From an uncultured PS1 clade bacterium (GTDB lineage: Bacteria; Pseudomonadota; Alphaproteobacteria; MED-G09), in NCBI GenBank assembly GCA_902608415.1, contig CACLNZ010000006.1, positions 1 through 62,793 on the forward strand: DNA of 62,793 bases, given 5' to 3'. Position numbers and translations under genes: made by a program. Positions within the stretch are counted from its first letter, which is position 1; the number at the start of each line of letters is the position of its first letter. A model generated the notes under the pieces. The model worked only from the letters and a program-made list of their open reading frames with translations. It was not told the DNA's origin and did no database searches. Shown piece by piece: positions 61,256-62,793 of this stretch.

Positions 61256-62793
61256 TTAGAATTCATATTTAAGGCCAACTTTGAGTTGCCATACTGATTT
61301 TCCAATTTTTCTTACTGGATCTCCATCAATATCAAAATTTTTGTATACATACCGACCTTGATCATCAACTTCTGCTTCAACAACACCTCTAGAATTCATT
61401 GTCCCGCCAGCATAATTTTCAAATCCACCCCAATCAGAATTTATGAGATTTAAAACATTCTCGATATCAACAAAGAATGTTGCTTTTCCATTTATTCCAC
61501 CAGTAGGAAGTTCTTGAGCTATTCTCACATCAAAAGTGCCTTCCCAAGGACTATTAAAGCTATTCCTTGGTACTGCATTCCCTCTATAACCTGATAATCC
61601 AGAGTTATCTAAAAACTGATTAAATGCCTCAAGATCAAACCCATCAGCATAAAGCACATTTGGATCATTTAGACTTGGTACATATAATAGATCAATATTT
61701 TCTCCATCAGTTCTATAACCACTCAAATCCCCAAGGAATGTATAACTAAAAGGTGTACCAGATTGCCTGAAACCATTTAATGCAATACTTGTTTCTAAAT
61801 CACCAAAGATATTACCTTGCCAACTTAGTTTATAATCAAAGGCATGTTCTATCTCATAATGTGAAGGAGAATTTACAGGAGTTAAATGATCAAATACTGG
61901 ATATCTTGTTGCGCTTGAAAAGATTATAGAGCTTGTCATCGCATGAGCCATTTCTCTTTCTTGATGAGCGTATGATAGATATAAATCAATTCCATTATCA
62001 AAAGTTTTTTCGAATGAAATACTGTAAATATCGCTTTCAGGTTCTACATCTTTAAAGGTTGTCAGATATCCAACATAACTACATCCACCATATAACGGTC
62101 TGTTATCAGCTAGTGCATTTCCTCTTGGATCACAACCACCTATATAAGCTCCAACAGGATCCTCTTCTTTCATGTGCATATAATTAGCTCTTAAAGTAAA
62201 AGGACCAATTAAATTAGAGTCTAAGTCTGCTGTTACCCCTACATGTAATTTAGTTATTGATGGTATACCAAAATCTTTATCCATCATATTAGTATAACCA
62301 CCGGTATCCCCAATTTCGTTTCTTACAAGAGCTAAAGCTGCATCACCAGGATAACTTTCTGGTGAACCAGGAGTTGGTAAGTTATTGCTTCTTGCTCTAA
62401 GTTTGTTTCCGGGTAAGCCTAAACCAGTATCAATGTATGGTCCCCCATACCAAACTGGCGGAAGGTTTCCACTGAACTCACCCCAACCAAATGTAACCAA
62501 TACATTATCTTGGGCTTGCCAATCTAGAGATAAACGAGGCATTAGAATATCTTCACCATCTAAACTCACATCATTTTCAGGAGCAGGTCTATATGTATCG
62601 CCCGTCCAATTATACCAAAATGTATTTTTTTTAGGTACAGAATCCATACTAATTTCTTCATACCTAAAACCAATTCTTGCTGTTAAGTCTGATGAGATAT
62701 CCCAGGTATCTTGAAAATAAATTATTGTGAAATCCATATTGAATCGACCAGCTGCGTCTAAAGGATTATTTGTATCTGCGTTTCTGTAATCTA
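61256..62793 (-). CDS. TonB-dependent receptor (Oar-like), 5'-truncated by the window edge
   Basis: Frame is open to the window end; Y.QDTW, PRLSLDW, SGTPFSY, LLYVP, RNS, DIENVLNL, C-terminal WQLKVGLKYEF. Confidence 0.88.
   Translation of the reverse strand, partial: DYRNADTNNPLDAAGRFNMDFTIIYFQDTWDISSDLTARIGFRYEEISMDSVPKKNTFWYNWTGDTYRPAPENDVSLDGEDILMPRLSLDWQAQDNVLVTFGWGEFSGNLPPVWYGGPYIDTGLGLPGNKLRARSNNLPTPGSPESYPGDAALALVRNEIGDTGGYTNMMDKDFGIPSITKLHVGVTADLDSNLIGPFTLRANYMHMKEEDPVGAYIGGCDPRGNALADNRPLYGGCSYVGYLTTFKDVEPESDIYSISFEKTFDNGIDLYLSYAHQEREMAHAMTSSIIFSSATRYPVFDHLTPVNSPSHYEIEHAFDYKLSWQGNIFGDLETSIALNGFRQSGTPFSYTFLGDLSGYRTDGENIDLLYVPSLNDPNVLYADGFDLEAFNQFLDNSGLSGYRGNAVPRNSFNSPWEGTFDVRIAQELPTGGINGKATFFVDIENVLNLINSDWGGFENYAGGTMNSRGVVEAEVDDQGRYVYKNFDIDGDPVRKIGKSVWQLKVGLKYEF

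Noticed and set aside
62385-62714. 109-aa plus-strand ORF
   Set aside because: Antisense shadow of the TBDR; no motifs or RBS

Overview
Very AT-rich, densely packed chromosomal window from a streamlined, probably marine, alphaproteobacterium. The assignment is inferred from ccrM, split gcvPA/gcvPB, the ispH-thrB-rnhA-Prx-YqgE synteny and the alpha-type gshA. About 1-40 kb is an accessory catabolic/detoxification region: four Rieske non-heme-iron oxygenase alpha subunits, four SnoaL/NTF2 proteins, a TonB-dependent receptor, haloalkane dehalogenase, epoxide hydrolase, GSTs, PhyH dioxygenase, SDRs, MBL hydrolases, phytase, a double cupin and an inserted type II m5C restriction-modification pair. 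About 41-58 kb is housekeeping: thrC, rnhA, thrB, ispH, a gcvTH-PA-PB operon behind a tandem glycine riboswitch, rnhB, ccrM, ubiA, rsmE and gshA. The window ends with an acyl-CoA dehydrogenase pair, phoD and a truncated TonB-dependent receptor. I saw no rRNA, tRNA, CRISPR, transposase, integrase or transcription-factor gene. The most notable unexplained signals are: (i) the reductase-less four-Rieske/NTF2/TBDR island; (ii) a self-contained module at 19.2-20.4 kb with an unannotated, apparently leaderless, 50-aa basic microprotein, a DnaA box, a Fur/Irr-like box and two paralogous small membrane proteins; (iii) three GANTC sites exactly 20 bp apart in front of ccrM; (iv) a readable translational expression platform for the glycine riboswitch. 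Family calls come from motif recognition by eye, not from database searches.
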